From an uncultured Verrucomicrobiota bacterium (GTDB taxonomy: Bacteria; Verrucomicrobiota; Verrucomicrobiia; Opitutales; UBA9783), in the NCBI GenBank assembly GCA_946646575.1, contig CAMPCR010000003.1, positions 1 to 45,473 on the forward strand: a stretch of DNA of 45,473 bases, written 5' to 3'. Below the pieces are notes generated by a model, which worked only from the letters and a program-made list of their open reading frames with translations, did no database searches and was not told the origin of the DNA. The translations under genes were made by a program, and so were the position numbers. Position 1 is the first letter of the stretch. Each line of letters begins with the position of its first letter. Positions 25,452 through 34,964 of the stretch are shown here, piece after piece.

Positions 25452-27350
25452 ATGGTTACAAGGAATACATATCGTCTTAAGTTCTTCTTCTCGTTCGTCT
25501 TTTCGTTTTTAATCCTGTTTGGGCTGAATCAAGGTAGTTTCTCGATAAACAGCTTATATGCAATAGGTTGGTTGCATGCGTATGACCACGATCTTTTCAA
25601 GGGGAACTTGTATATGCACGAGGATGTGATTTCTCCGAGGTATATTACTGATGCTTTAATCGCCGCGTTAATGCGGTTCACCAATGGTTCGTTTTACGAT
25701 ATTGCCTTGATATTTGGCGTGTTGGCAGCAGCTGTGCTTGCGGTAGCAATCGCACACATAAGTTATCGCATTAACAAGGCTCATCAGATGTTTATTTCTG
25801 TAATTCTTACTTATGTAGCCTTTTGCAATTGCTATCACAGGCAATTGTTTAATTTCTTTTTTAGCGCTTTTTGGTCATTTGCTATCGGATCTCCCGTAAG
25901 CATCGCACTCCTGGGCGTTTCATTTCTTGTCGGAGAAAACAAGAACTACAAGATTGCGTGGCTTTGTGCCGCATGTGCTGCGCTGTTCCACATTCATGAA
26001 GGAATATGGTGTTCTGTTTTCATTTTTACGTTAGCACTTGCCGACAGTTTATCTCAAAAGAAATTATTGATAAGAGAAAATAGCGCAATTATTGTTGCCA
26101 TCGTTGCATTGCTGATTGTCGCGGTTCCAAACCTGCTGACGGATTCAACGGAACTGTCAAGTGCCGATTTTGTGCATGCATACTTATATGCTATACCTTC
26201 CCATACAACGTTAGCATACTCTGGTCTTCTCACAAATTTCTGTAGACTTTTTTTTCACATATCGCTGTTTGTTTTCCCGATACTTTTTTTCACTTTAGCT
26301 GGTGAGCATCAAAGGCGGAGGCAACATTTGCTCGAATGCGGAATGCTTATGATCCTGGAAGTCGTGTTATTCATTTTGATATATATCAATGAATCAATCA
26401 AACCAAGCGCGTTCTTCACACTCATGATACCTGCAAGAATGCTCAAATATATACTACTCTGGTTACATATTAGCACTGTTAGAAGCTTAGTTATAATGCG
26501 GAAAAGAGGTTTTTTCTTCTCTGGATATTTAATGTTAAATTTTGTTATTTTTAGTTGTGCACAAGAAATATCTCAACCCCGCGATGCTATTCTTCTCTTT
26601 TGCTCGGCATTTTTAACTTTTGCTGTGATTGCCTTCGAAGGGCGTCTGTTAAAAAATACAAAAACATTCGCATCCCAAAATGTCGTTCGAGTCCTGGATG
26701 GGTTGTTTTTTGCGTGGTGTTTTGTCAGGATCATTCGCGCAGTCATGAAAGGAACGTTTTCACCAATGTATCTAGTTCTTCAGGGGTCAGTTGTTCTTTC
26801 CGTATTTACAATATCACTGAGAATGCGTGAAATAAAATCTGGAAAGCGTGGATTTTTTTCCTTACTCACCTGTGCTGTTTGTTTGGGAGTGACAGCAATT
26901 AGTGCGTACATCATGTTGGATCCCGTGCAACATGACCATAACAAGTGGTTAGATGAAGTGCATGATCTGGCAACAGCATATAAAAACAAAACGAATAAAG
27001 ACAGTGTGTGTCTATGCGAGATAGCACACGATGATTCCTGGTTATTATACCTACAGGCAATCTCTCAGAGAAATCTCTATGTTGCCTTTTCCGGGGTACC
27101 CTCGTGCAAACGTAACATGGGGGAATGGTATCGGAGATGCATGCAAACTCGTGACCTTTGGAATAAAACGTGTGACGAAATCCGTGCTATTATGTCTGCG
27201 GAGGGGATACCGTATGTACTTGTACCTAAAAGTAACTATTCAAAGTTGGATACGAACAGTGATTTTTCCGTATTCATTAGGAGCCCAAATGATACTCTTC
27301 GTATTTATGAATTGAAAAATTATGCAAATCATAATACCAATGACGGGTAG
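25452..27350 (+). CDS. Large polytopic membrane protein, possibly a GT-C-like glycosyltransferase or polymerase, with a C-terminal soluble domain
   Basis: About 632 aa with 12 or more hydrophobic segments. The first loop is acidic/His-rich (HAYDHDLFKGNLYMHEDV). A soluble tail of about 130 aa follows. It is the first gene of the A+T-rich island. The function call is weak. Confidence 0.6.
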   Translation: MVTRNTYRLKFFFSFVFSFLILFGLNQGSFSINSLYAIGWLHAYDHDLFKGNLYMHEDVISPRYITDALIAALMRFTNGSFYDIALIFGVLAAAVLAVAIAHISYRINKAHQMFISVILTYVAFCNCYHRQLFNFFFSAFWSFAIGSPVSIALLGVSFLVGENKNYKIAWLCAACAALFHIHEGIWCSVFIFTLALADSLSQKKLLIRENSAIIVAIVALLIVAVPNLLTDSTELSSADFVHAYLYAIPSHTTLAYSGLLTNFCRLFFHISLFVFPILFFTLAGEHQRRRQHLLECGMLMILEVVLFILIYINESIKPSAFFTLMIPARMLKYILLWLHISTVRSLVIMRKRGFFFSGYLMLNFVIFSCAQEISQPRDAILLFCSAFLTFAVIAFEGRLLKNTKTFASQNVVRVLDGLFFAWCFVRIIRAVMKGTFSPMYLVLQGSVVLSVFTISLRMREIKSGKRGFFSLLTCAVCLGVTAISAYIMLDPVQHDHNKWLDEVHDLATAYKNKTNKDSVCLCEIAHDDSWLLYLQAISQRNLYVAFSGVPSCKRNMGEWYRRCMQTRDLWNKTCDEIRAIMSAEGIPYVLVPKSNYSKLDTNSDFSVFIRSPNDTLRIYELKNYANHNTNDG

Positions 27351-28107
27351 TGGTTCGAGATTTGTCGCAGCCGGTTATAAAGAACTGAAACCATTCATTA
27401 AAGTACAGGGAAAGCCGATTATTCAATGGATTGTTGAAGGAATGTACCCGAATGAGCGGAACATAGTGTTTATCTGTCGTCAGCAGCATTTGGATACCAT
27501 CTCCGGAATGAAAGAGTTTTTGATGAGGATTGTTCCGACTGCAAAAATTTTGTCAATCAGAAATTGGAACAAATCTGGACCAGTCGGTGATATTGTATCG
27601 GTATCCGATGAAATATCGGATCATGAACCTTGTATCGTCAATTATTGTGACTTTTTTGCGACCTGGAACTTCGAAAAATTCAAAAATGAGGTTGGAACCA
27701 AAGCCTGTAGCGGGAGTGTCCCCTGTTATACAGGTTTCCATCCGCATCTGATATACAAACAAAACGTCTATGCTTCCTGCCTGACAGATAAGGATGACAA
27801 CCTCGTAGAAATTCGCGAAAAATATTCTTTTGAGGCAGATAAAACCAAAGCAAAGCATTCTCCGGGAATTTACTATTTTAAATCCGGAGCTATTATGAAA
27901 AAATACTTCAGGCAAATGATGGAAGCAAAGGATAAAGTCCGTAACGAATATTACGTCAGCCTCGCCTATAACTACATGGTGAAGGATGGGCACAAAGTTT
28001 GGGTACCGACAAATGTGGATCAATTTTGTCAATGGGGGACTCCATTGGATCTGGCGGATTATGTTTTTTGGACAGAATGTGTTCGGAAATGGAAGTGTGT
28101 TTCATGA
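27322..28107 (+). CDS. Sugar-phosphate nucleotidyltransferase (NTP_transferase fold), paralog 1
   Basis: N-terminal MQIIIPMTGSGSRF..GY...KPFI nucleotide-binding signature and C-terminal WGTPLDLADY. Overlaps the upstream gene by 29 nt. Confidence 0.8.
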   Translation: MQIIIPMTGSGSRFVAAGYKELKPFIKVQGKPIIQWIVEGMYPNERNIVFICRQQHLDTISGMKEFLMRIVPTAKILSIRNWNKSGPVGDIVSVSDEISDHEPCIVNYCDFFATWNFEKFKNEVGTKACSGSVPCYTGFHPHLIYKQNVYASCLTDKDDNLVEIREKYSFEADKTKAKHSPGIYYFKSGAIMKKYFRQMMEAKDKVRNEYYVSLAYNYMVKDGHKVWVPTNVDQFCQWGTPLDLADYVFWTECVRKWKCVS

Positions 28108-28925
28108 ATATAGTGATACCCATGGCTGGTGCCGGAATGCGTTTCCAAAACGTTGGATATAAATTGCCAAAGCCCGCAATTCCAACCACCGACCGAAGGA
28201 CGGGGGAAAAAGTTCCTATGGCAATCCTGGCAATCATGGATTTACCGGGAGTAAACCGCAACGGTTCGAATGTTATCTGCATTGATCGGGCTTTTAATAA
28301 AAACTCGGACTTAGAACAGGCAATAACAAAATATTACCCCGATGTAAGGTTTGTACGCACAAAGGCTCTAACCCAAGGGCAGGCATGTACCTGTCTTTTG
28401 GCAAAAGACATGATCGATAACAATGAAGAACTTCTTATTGCCAGTTGCGACACCGGGATGGTTATGAATAACGATGAATTTGACGCATTGCGCAACGAAA
28501 CAGATGTTTTGGTATTTACCCATCGTCACAGCCCGGCGGTTACGAAAAAACCGGAGGCATACGGATGGATCGCAACGAATGATAAAGGACGTGCGGTCAA
28601 AATTTCCGTCAAGAAACCAATTTCGAACAATCCGTCGGAAGATCATGCAGTAACAGGAACTTTCTGGTTCCGAAGCGGTAAAAGTTTTGTACAATCCGCC
28701 GAAAAGATGATTCGGGAAGATGATCGCATTAACGGTGAATTTTATGTAGATGAGGTTATTAAGCACGCGCTAAGCCTTGACATGGTCGTTCGGGTGTTTG
28801 AAATTGACCGCTATATCGGCTGGGGAACACCGGAAGATTACGAAGAATACGAAGCAACATTGGCTTATTGGCAACGATTTATATCGGGAAACGAATTCCA
28901 TCAGCTAACGGACGGAAAAAAGTGA
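28104..28925 (+). CDS. Sugar-phosphate nucleotidyltransferase, paralog 2
   Basis: The ATG at 28104 overlaps the previous stop (ATGA). MNIVIPMAGAGMRFQNVGYKLPKPAI..., and C-terminal IGWGTPEDYEEY. Confidence 0.8.
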   Translation: MNIVIPMAGAGMRFQNVGYKLPKPAIPTTDRRTGEKVPMAILAIMDLPGVNRNGSNVICIDRAFNKNSDLEQAITKYYPDVRFVRTKALTQGQACTCLLAKDMIDNNEELLIASCDTGMVMNNDEFDALRNETDVLVFTHRHSPAVTKKPEAYGWIATNDKGRAVKISVKKPISNNPSEDHAVTGTFWFRSGKSFVQSAEKMIREDDRINGEFYVDEVIKHALSLDMVVRVFEIDRYIGWGTPEDYEEYEATLAYWQRFISGNEFHQLTDGKK

Positions 28926-28945
28926 GAATAAGGAACCTATTGGGG

Positions 28946-30988
28946 ATGACGCCTCTTCCCTGCAAATGCAGTAGCCTTTATCTTAAGGTTTTTTTGGTCG
29001 TTGTTATCGGTTTTAAACTGGTTTTAATGGGAATGTTTTCCTCCGATTACCAGGAGAAAATGTTTCTTCCTTTTGTATCTTGCTTTGTAACGGATCATCA
29101 AAATCCTTACCAATACTTTTTTCAAAGTACATCGGTAAATCCGTTTCCCTATCCGCCTTTGATGTTACTCATAGAATCCGCCTTCGGATGGATTGCGCTT
29201 CAGGTCTCATCTTTTTTCGTAAGATCCCTTATTTTTAAGTTACCGATTCTATTGTTTGATTGTCTCGCGTTTTATTTTTTGGTACGCATGGTTCCCAAGG
29301 GAAATATGCGGTACATATGTGTTGTATATTTTTTGTCGCCGATCATCTTGTACGCCGGATATATGCACGGTCAATTGGATATTATTCCAACTGCATTCTC
29401 CGTTATGGGAGCGTTTTTCCTTTTAGATAAACCACTCTATCGAAATTATTTAAAATCGGCAATTTTTTTTGGACTTGCTCTCGCGACAAAATCGCATATT
29501 GCGGCAATTCTACCCATAATTTTTTTTTATGTTCACAAAAAAGAGAATCTAAAGACTGCATGCGTTTATACAGTCGTAATGATGTTAACCTGGGCAATAT
29601 TCCTGTTACCTTTCCTATGCGAAGGACTTATACAAGGGGTATATCTTAATCAAGAACAAACCAAACTTCAAGCGGTTTATCTGCCATACGGAAACCGAGG
29701 ACTGTTCTTGGCGATATTGGTACTTGTCTGTATATATGTCCAAAGTTATGTGACATGCCATGTTACAAAATCTTTCCTAGTAAACACGGTGGGTATCACT
29801 CTTTTGTTGCTTGTTTTATTCGTTCCCGCCATGCCGGCATGGTTTATTTGGTATATTCCGTTTTCCTGTGTTGCTGTTGTAACAATGAAGGGTCGAGATA
29901 AAGTAATCGTAGTAAATATCTTGTCGTGTATGCTGTTTTTAGCTTACTATGTTTTTTTTCATACAACACAATATACGGATCTGATTTTTCTCGGGAAAAA
30001 TTTGCAGGGAGTTAAAATTTCCGACGCCAATCTGGGCAGTATTACTTTTTCGTTAATGATAGCAATTTTCGCTACATCGGCGTTTCAGCTGTATCAACAC
30101 CGTTCTAACAATGTATACTCGATACGACCGGATCAAGCGATTTTCATCGGCATTTCCGGCGACAGCGGTGCAGGGAAAAGCAGAATGGCTGAATTAATCA
30201 GCATGTTATTAGGGAAACAAAAAGTCTTGCATATCGAAGGAGACGGAGCTCATCGTTGGGAACGAGGCGATAAAAATTGGGATCGTTTAACCGCATTGCA
30301 TCCGGATGCTAACCTACTCCATGAACAGGCGCTGAAACTCAAAAAATTAAAAGATGGTAACAGTATCATGAGGCGGGACTATGATCATCATATGGGTCGA
30401 TTTACAGAGTACAAAAAATTGAGAGGGAACTCTTTTATAATTATAAGCGGTCTTCACAGCCTGTATTTACCGCAAACACGTGCTCTAATGGATCTTTCAT
30501 TGTATCTGGATACGGACGAAGAATTGCGGTGTTATTGGAAGGTTCGTCGCGATACAACCTTAAGAAACCAAAACAAAGATCGCATTTTGGAATCTATTCG
30601 GAGTCGCATGCCCGATGCAAAACGCTTCATTTATCCTCAACAGGCGTATGCCGATATAGTTTTTCATCATTTTTCGGAAGAGAGTATGGATCGCATAAAT
30701 ACGGCATTTATAATTGGCCTGAACATAGATTTTGAAAAACTCTCACACGTTTTGGCATTGCGCAATATTCGGATCGAATGTACCTACGATGAAGATTTAA
30801 TGCAGCAGAAAGTGAAATTTAACAACTGGGAACAGTTAACAAAAATAACCGATTGGGGAGATATAGCGAGTGAGACTCTCCCAAATTCCAACGAGTTGCT
30901 GTGCCATAAATCCACATGGGCATCTGGCATCGACGGGCTAAATCAGTATATGTTTTTGGCGGCACTGTGTGCGAAAATATATGCATGA
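28946..30988 (+). CDS. Fusion protein: N-terminal polytopic GT-C-like membrane domain (~400 aa) plus C-terminal PRK/uridine-kinase-family P-loop kinase (~280 aa)
   Basis: The membrane part has SDYQEKMFLPF and NPFPYPPLMLL loops and about 10 TM segments. The kinase part reads IFIGISGDSGAGKSRMAE...LHIEGDGAHRWERGD...IIISGLHSLY...DLSLYLDTDEELR..WKVRRD. An alternative GTG start at 28922 overlaps the previous stop. Confidence 0.8.
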   Translation: MTPLPCKCSSLYLKVFLVVVIGFKLVLMGMFSSDYQEKMFLPFVSCFVTDHQNPYQYFFQSTSVNPFPYPPLMLLIESAFGWIALQVSSFFVRSLIFKLPILLFDCLAFYFLVRMVPKGNMRYICVVYFLSPIILYAGYMHGQLDIIPTAFSVMGAFFLLDKPLYRNYLKSAIFFGLALATKSHIAAILPIIFFYVHKKENLKTACVYTVVMMLTWAIFLLPFLCEGLIQGVYLNQEQTKLQAVYLPYGNRGLFLAILVLVCIYVQSYVTCHVTKSFLVNTVGITLLLLVLFVPAMPAWFIWYIPFSCVAVVTMKGRDKVIVVNILSCMLFLAYYVFFHTTQYTDLIFLGKNLQGVKISDANLGSITFSLMIAIFATSAFQLYQHRSNNVYSIRPDQAIFIGISGDSGAGKSRMAELISMLLGKQKVLHIEGDGAHRWERGDKNWDRLTALHPDANLLHEQALKLKKLKDGNSIMRRDYDHHMGRFTEYKKLRGNSFIIISGLHSLYLPQTRALMDLSLYLDTDEELRCYWKVRRDTTLRNQNKDRILESIRSRMPDAKRFIYPQQAYADIVFHHFSEESMDRINTAFIIGLNIDFEKLSHVLALRNIRIECTYDEDLMQQKVKFNNWEQLTKITDWGDIASETLPNSNELLCHKSTWASGIDGLNQYMFLAALCAKIYA

Positions 30989-32057
30989 TATGAAGGGTGT
31001 TGCAGGAACCGATTTGCGGGGATTGGTTTCGATATCCCGTTATGCGGGGATAAGGAACGATCTGGTTCAAGCCGGTGGCGGGAATACGTCCGTAAAGCTG
31101 AACGACAAAGAAATGCTGATTAAAATTTCCGGCTGTCCGTTATCGGATTTGACGGAAGATACGGGATACGTTTGTGTGAATTATGCCGTCATCGCAGCAC
31201 GCATGCGGAAAAATTTTTCCGAAAACAAAAGGGTTGTCCCCGATCGGAAAGTATTGTTGCCAAACAAAATGGCAAAAAGGAAACAAAGAGCGTCCATCGA
31301 AACTTTTTTACATGCCGTTACCGGAAAATATACGTTACATACACATCCTCTATCCGTAAATATGTTGCTGACTTCCGTCGAAGGTAGAAAAAAAATGTAC
31401 GAGCTGTATCCGCATGCCGTTTTTATTCCTTACAGAGCGCCCGGAATAGCGTTGGCAGAAGAATATTTCAAACAAACGGTTCATCGAACAGATAAAAATC
31501 CCGTGATATTTCTTGAAAACCACGGGCTGGTAGTGAGCAGTGATACGGCTGAGGAAGTTATTCAAAAAATGGAACAGGTGGTAAATACGACTGCGACAGC
31601 AATCGGATATAATTTATCGCTTTATACAAACACAACCGTACTTGATAACACGGTACAAACCATTCGGGAACTGTCGGGGAAGAAAGTAATTCCGGCAAAC
31701 GGAACCTACATCGAAAACACAAAAGAAATGATTGCTTCCGGAAGATGGAATCATCGGTTTTGCCCGGATTGCGTGGTTTATTGCGGCAACGAAGTTATGC
31801 ATGTACAGACTCCTCCTTCAAAGGAACAGTTTGAGAAGCATCTTCAAAAGCACGGAATGCCTGTCCTGCTTTTCTATAAGAATGAACTTTATATTTTATG
31901 CAACAGCGTCCGGAAAGCTTCGGAAATAATGAATGTGCTTTCTTTTGCCACGGAAATCCAACGAATGAATGAGGGAAAACACATGTTGATTTTCGATAAG
32001 AAGCAGGTATCCGAACTGTTGAACCGTGAAGACGAAAAATATCGTCTGAAGTTTTAA
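30981..32057 (+). CDS. Class II aldolase/adducin-family protein (resembles the N-terminal module of bifunctional aldolase/short-chain dehydrogenases, without the SDR)
   Basis: LVQAGGGNTSVK, the metal-ligand pattern LHTHP...ENHGLVV, and an extra C-terminal region of about 150 aa. Start is 30981 or 30990. Confidence 0.7.
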   Translation: MHDMKGVAGTDLRGLVSISRYAGIRNDLVQAGGGNTSVKLNDKEMLIKISGCPLSDLTEDTGYVCVNYAVIAARMRKNFSENKRVVPDRKVLLPNKMAKRKQRASIETFLHAVTGKYTLHTHPLSVNMLLTSVEGRKKMYELYPHAVFIPYRAPGIALAEEYFKQTVHRTDKNPVIFLENHGLVVSSDTAEEVIQKMEQVVNTTATAIGYNLSLYTNTTVLDNTVQTIRELSGKKVIPANGTYIENTKEMIASGRWNHRFCPDCVVYCGNEVMHVQTPPSKEQFEKHLQKHGMPVLLFYKNELYILCNSVRKASEIMNVLSFATEIQRMNEGKHMLIFDKKQVSELLNREDEKYRLKF

Positions 32058-32066
32058 AGAAATTCC

Positions 32067-32723
32067 ATGATACGCGCCGTTGTTTTTGATTTGGATAATA
32101 CACTGTATCCTGCAACGGAATGTTATGAACAGGGACGTCTGGCACTCGAAAGTTTTTGCACGACGCATTTTCAAATCACTCGGGATCAGTTCAACGAATC
32201 TTTCGTTAAAGCGAAACAAATCGTGAAACAACAACTCGGAAATACGGCGGCGTCTCACAATCGAATGCTCTATTGTCAGACATTGTGCGAACTTCTGAGC
32301 ATACATCCGTTGTCTTATGCACTAAAGATGTATGATATGTATTGGGAAAGTGCTATGAGGAAGATGGTATGTTATCCGTTCGTCCGCCCACTTTTTCACA
32401 AACTACGCGGGAAAAACGTCAAGATAGGGATCTTAACGGATTTAACCGCGCATATTCAGTATCGAAAACTCAAACAACTGGGTATTATCGATGCAGTTGA
32501 TGCCGTTGTAACCTCTGAGGAAGTTGGAACGGAAAAACCGGATCCAAAAATGTTTGTAAGAATTTTGGAAAAACTTAAAATGAAACCTCGGGAAACTTTG
32601 ATGGTCGGCGACAACATAGTAAAAGATATTTCGGGATCACGATCCACAGGAATGATCGGATACCGGATTTCCGTGGAAAAAACGGATGAGGTTATAAAAG
32701 AGATTTTGTCATTTATTGAATAA
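32067..32723 (+). CDS. HAD-superfamily phosphatase (subfamily IA-like)
   Basis: Motif I VVFDLDNTLY, motif II ILTDLT, motif III K at EKPDPKMF, and motif IV MVGDNIVKDISG. Confidence 0.85.
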   Translation: MIRAVVFDLDNTLYPATECYEQGRLALESFCTTHFQITRDQFNESFVKAKQIVKQQLGNTAASHNRMLYCQTLCELLSIHPLSYALKMYDMYWESAMRKMVCYPFVRPLFHKLRGKNVKIGILTDLTAHIQYRKLKQLGIIDAVDAVVTSEEVGTEKPDPKMFVRILEKLKMKPRETLMVGDNIVKDISGSRSTGMIGYRISVEKTDEVIKEILSFIE

Positions 32724-32731
32724 GCAGAGCA

Positions 32732-33541
32732 ATGGGTATGTTTTTAAAGAAATTTCGTCCTAAGCACACCGAAAACAGAATGAAAAAAGAAGGGGACGTT
32801 GCTAGTGCAAGGGAGAGCTTCTTCTCCACACAAAACAAAATATTGTATCATCTCATCAAACACCGTTTTTCGTGGATGAACGATTGGATTCGATCCGACG
32901 ATACAAAAATTGTTGAATTAGGTAGCGGTTCGGGTCTTTCAAAAGAATTTATCACGAATAAAAATTTGCTCTTAACCGATGTAGCGCTTCTTCCATGGAT
33001 AGATAAAAAGGTTGATGTTACAAAAGATCTGGATGTATTTGAAGATAACAGTTTGGATGTTGTTGTAGCTTGTCATATGTTACATCACGTGCCCTATCCA
33101 AAGGCGTTTATTGAACAGATTGGAATGAAACTTAGGAGCGGCGGTCGGTTGCTCATACGGGATGTCTACGCAAGTATACTCTTTAAAGTTATTCTGCGGA
33201 TAATGAGACATGAAGGTTTCGACGATACTGTTGATGTAAACAATACACAAATACCCTGTAACAATCCGAGTGACCCGTGGAGTGCAAATTGTTCCATACC
33301 GAGGTTATTGTTTGATAAGATGGAGATAGGAGAAAATTTTGGAAAAATGAAACTTGTAAAAAAAGAACGCAAAGTGTGCTTTCTGTTCTTGTTATCGGGT
33401 GGTACGGTTGCAAAAACATGGTATCCGCGATGGGCCGGAGAGCGTAGTTGTTCTTTCATAAAAAAGGTGGATAAAATTCTGACCTCTATCGCTCCAAGGT
33501 TATTCGCGTGTGAATGTTTGGTAGTATTGGAAAAAATGTAA
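32732..33541 (+). CDS. Class I SAM-dependent methyltransferase
   Basis: Motif I IVELGSGSGLS, post-I LLLTDV, and LDVVVACHMLHHVPYP (Methyltransf_11-like). Confidence 0.8.
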   Translation: MGMFLKKFRPKHTENRMKKEGDVASARESFFSTQNKILYHLIKHRFSWMNDWIRSDDTKIVELGSGSGLSKEFITNKNLLLTDVALLPWIDKKVDVTKDLDVFEDNSLDVVVACHMLHHVPYPKAFIEQIGMKLRSGGRLLIRDVYASILFKVILRIMRHEGFDDTVDVNNTQIPCNNPSDPWSANCSIPRLLFDKMEIGENFGKMKLVKKERKVCFLFLLSGGTVAKTWYPRWAGERSCSFIKKVDKILTSIAPRLFACECLVVLEKM

Positions 33542-33545
33542 GAAG

Positions 33546-34265
33546 ATGGAAGTGCCGAAGATGTCGATAGTCATTCCGTGTTACAACGAAGTAAAAAACA
33601 TTCCGCTGGTTCTTGAATGTTTTCGGCATACACTAAACCGTAAGGATGTGGAATTGGTGCTGGTGGATAATGGTTCCACGGATGGTACCGCAACAGTGTT
33701 GAAAGATCTGTTGCCTAAGTATTCATTTGCCCAATCAATACGCGTGGAAGTCAACCAGGGATACGGGTACGGAATTGTCCAAGGATTGAATATTTGTAAA
33801 GGAAAGTTTATCGGATGGACACACGCCGATATGCAGACGAATCCGGCGGATGTGATGAAGGCACTCGAAATTATAGAAAATAACAATGACGACGAGCGGA
33901 TCTTTGTAAAAGGAAATCGAAAGGGAAGATCCGTCTTTGATATGTTTTTTACATACGGGATGAGTGTTTTTGACACACTGTACCTCGGAGAAAGGTTGTA
34001 TGACATCAACGCTCAACCCAACGTGTTCTCCAGAAAATTTTATGATACCTGGAAAAATCCTCCAAAGGATTTTGCTCTTGATTTGTACGCCCTGTACACG
34101 GCTCGGAAAAGTCACCTGGATATACGGCGTTTCGATGTGTTTTTCCCGAAAAGATTGCACGGTAAATCTCACTGGAATAACGGTACGCTAAAATCAAAAC
34201 TGCAATTTATAAAGCGGACACTGAATGCCAGTAGGCAATTAAAACATGAGGCATCCCGTAAATGA
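33546..34265 (+). CDS. GT2-family glycosyltransferase, polyprenyl-phosphate sugar synthase-like (DPM1/ArnC/GtrB type, no TM tail)
   Basis: MSIVIPCYNEVKNIPLVLE, VLVDNGSTDGT and WTHADMQ. The start may be 33561. Confidence 0.8.
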   Translation: MEVPKMSIVIPCYNEVKNIPLVLECFRHTLNRKDVELVLVDNGSTDGTATVLKDLLPKYSFAQSIRVEVNQGYGYGIVQGLNICKGKFIGWTHADMQTNPADVMKALEIIENNNDDERIFVKGNRKGRSVFDMFFTYGMSVFDTLYLGERLYDINAQPNVFSRKFYDTWKNPPKDFALDLYALYTARKSHLDIRRFDVFFPKRLHGKSHWNNGTLKSKLQFIKRTLNASRQLKHEASRK

Positions 34266-34302
34266 AGGACAAGGGGCGAAAAGTCCATAGGGAAATAAAG
34301 TA

Positions 34303-34911
34303 ATGACAGATTTTATCGCCCACAGAATCAACACGATTGCGGAATTGAAAAATCTTCCGTCATGCTTTGGCGCGGAACTCGATTTGCGGGATGATTTAAA
34401 CGGCAGAATTTATATTCAGCACAATCCCTTTGAATCGGGAGATGATTTTGAAGATTTTTTGAAAGAGTATCACCACGGGATCATGATCCTGAACATCAAG
34501 AGCGAAAGAATCGAATTAAACTGCCTGAAACTGCTTGCGAAATTCAACATAAAGAATTACTTTTTCCTGGATTCCACGTTCCCGATGATTTGGTTACTGA
34601 GTCATCAAGGAGAAAAAAACATTGCTCTGCGCATCTCTGAAGTTGAAGGATTGGATACCGCAATAAATATGGCTGGAAAAATAGATTGGATTTGGGTGGA
34701 TTGCTTTTCACGAATTCCGATTGGACACAAAGAATATAAAGAACTTAAAAACTTGGGATATAAACTGTGTTTTGTATCACCGGAACTCGAAAACAGGGAT
34801 TGGGATATAGAAGCATATGCAAAAATTATTAAACGGGAAGGGATCATTTTTGATGCAATTTGCACTAAACAGCACAACATTTGTCGGTGGAAAAAATTAT
34901 TGTCCGAGTAA
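34303..34911 (+). CDS. Small GDPD / PI-PLC-X-like TIM-barrel phosphodiesterase-family protein (tentative)
   Basis: N-terminal IAHRINT...GAELDLRDDLNGRIYIQHNPF follows the HR...E.D...H pattern of glycerophosphodiester phosphodiesterases. It is 202 aa, shorter than typical GDPDs. Confidence 0.5.
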   Translation: MTDFIAHRINTIAELKNLPSCFGAELDLRDDLNGRIYIQHNPFESGDDFEDFLKEYHHGIMILNIKSERIELNCLKLLAKFNIKNYFFLDSTFPMIWLLSHQGEKNIALRISEVEGLDTAINMAGKIDWIWVDCFSRIPIGHKEYKELKNLGYKLCFVSPELENRDWDIEAYAKIIKREGIIFDAICTKQHNICRWKKLLSE

Positions 34912-34929
34912 ATCTTTGGGAAACGGTAC

Positions 34930-34964
34930 CGGAAAGTTTGCCTTTCGTTTTTCCCCTTTTTTTC
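34930..34964 (+). terminator. Candidate intrinsic terminator at the end of the glycan island
   Basis: CGGAAAG (34930-34936) pairs imperfectly with CCTTTCG (34941-34947) and is followed by TTTTTCCCCTTTTTTT. A second hairpin AAAGAGT/ACTCTTT lies at 35027-35043. Confidence 0.4.
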
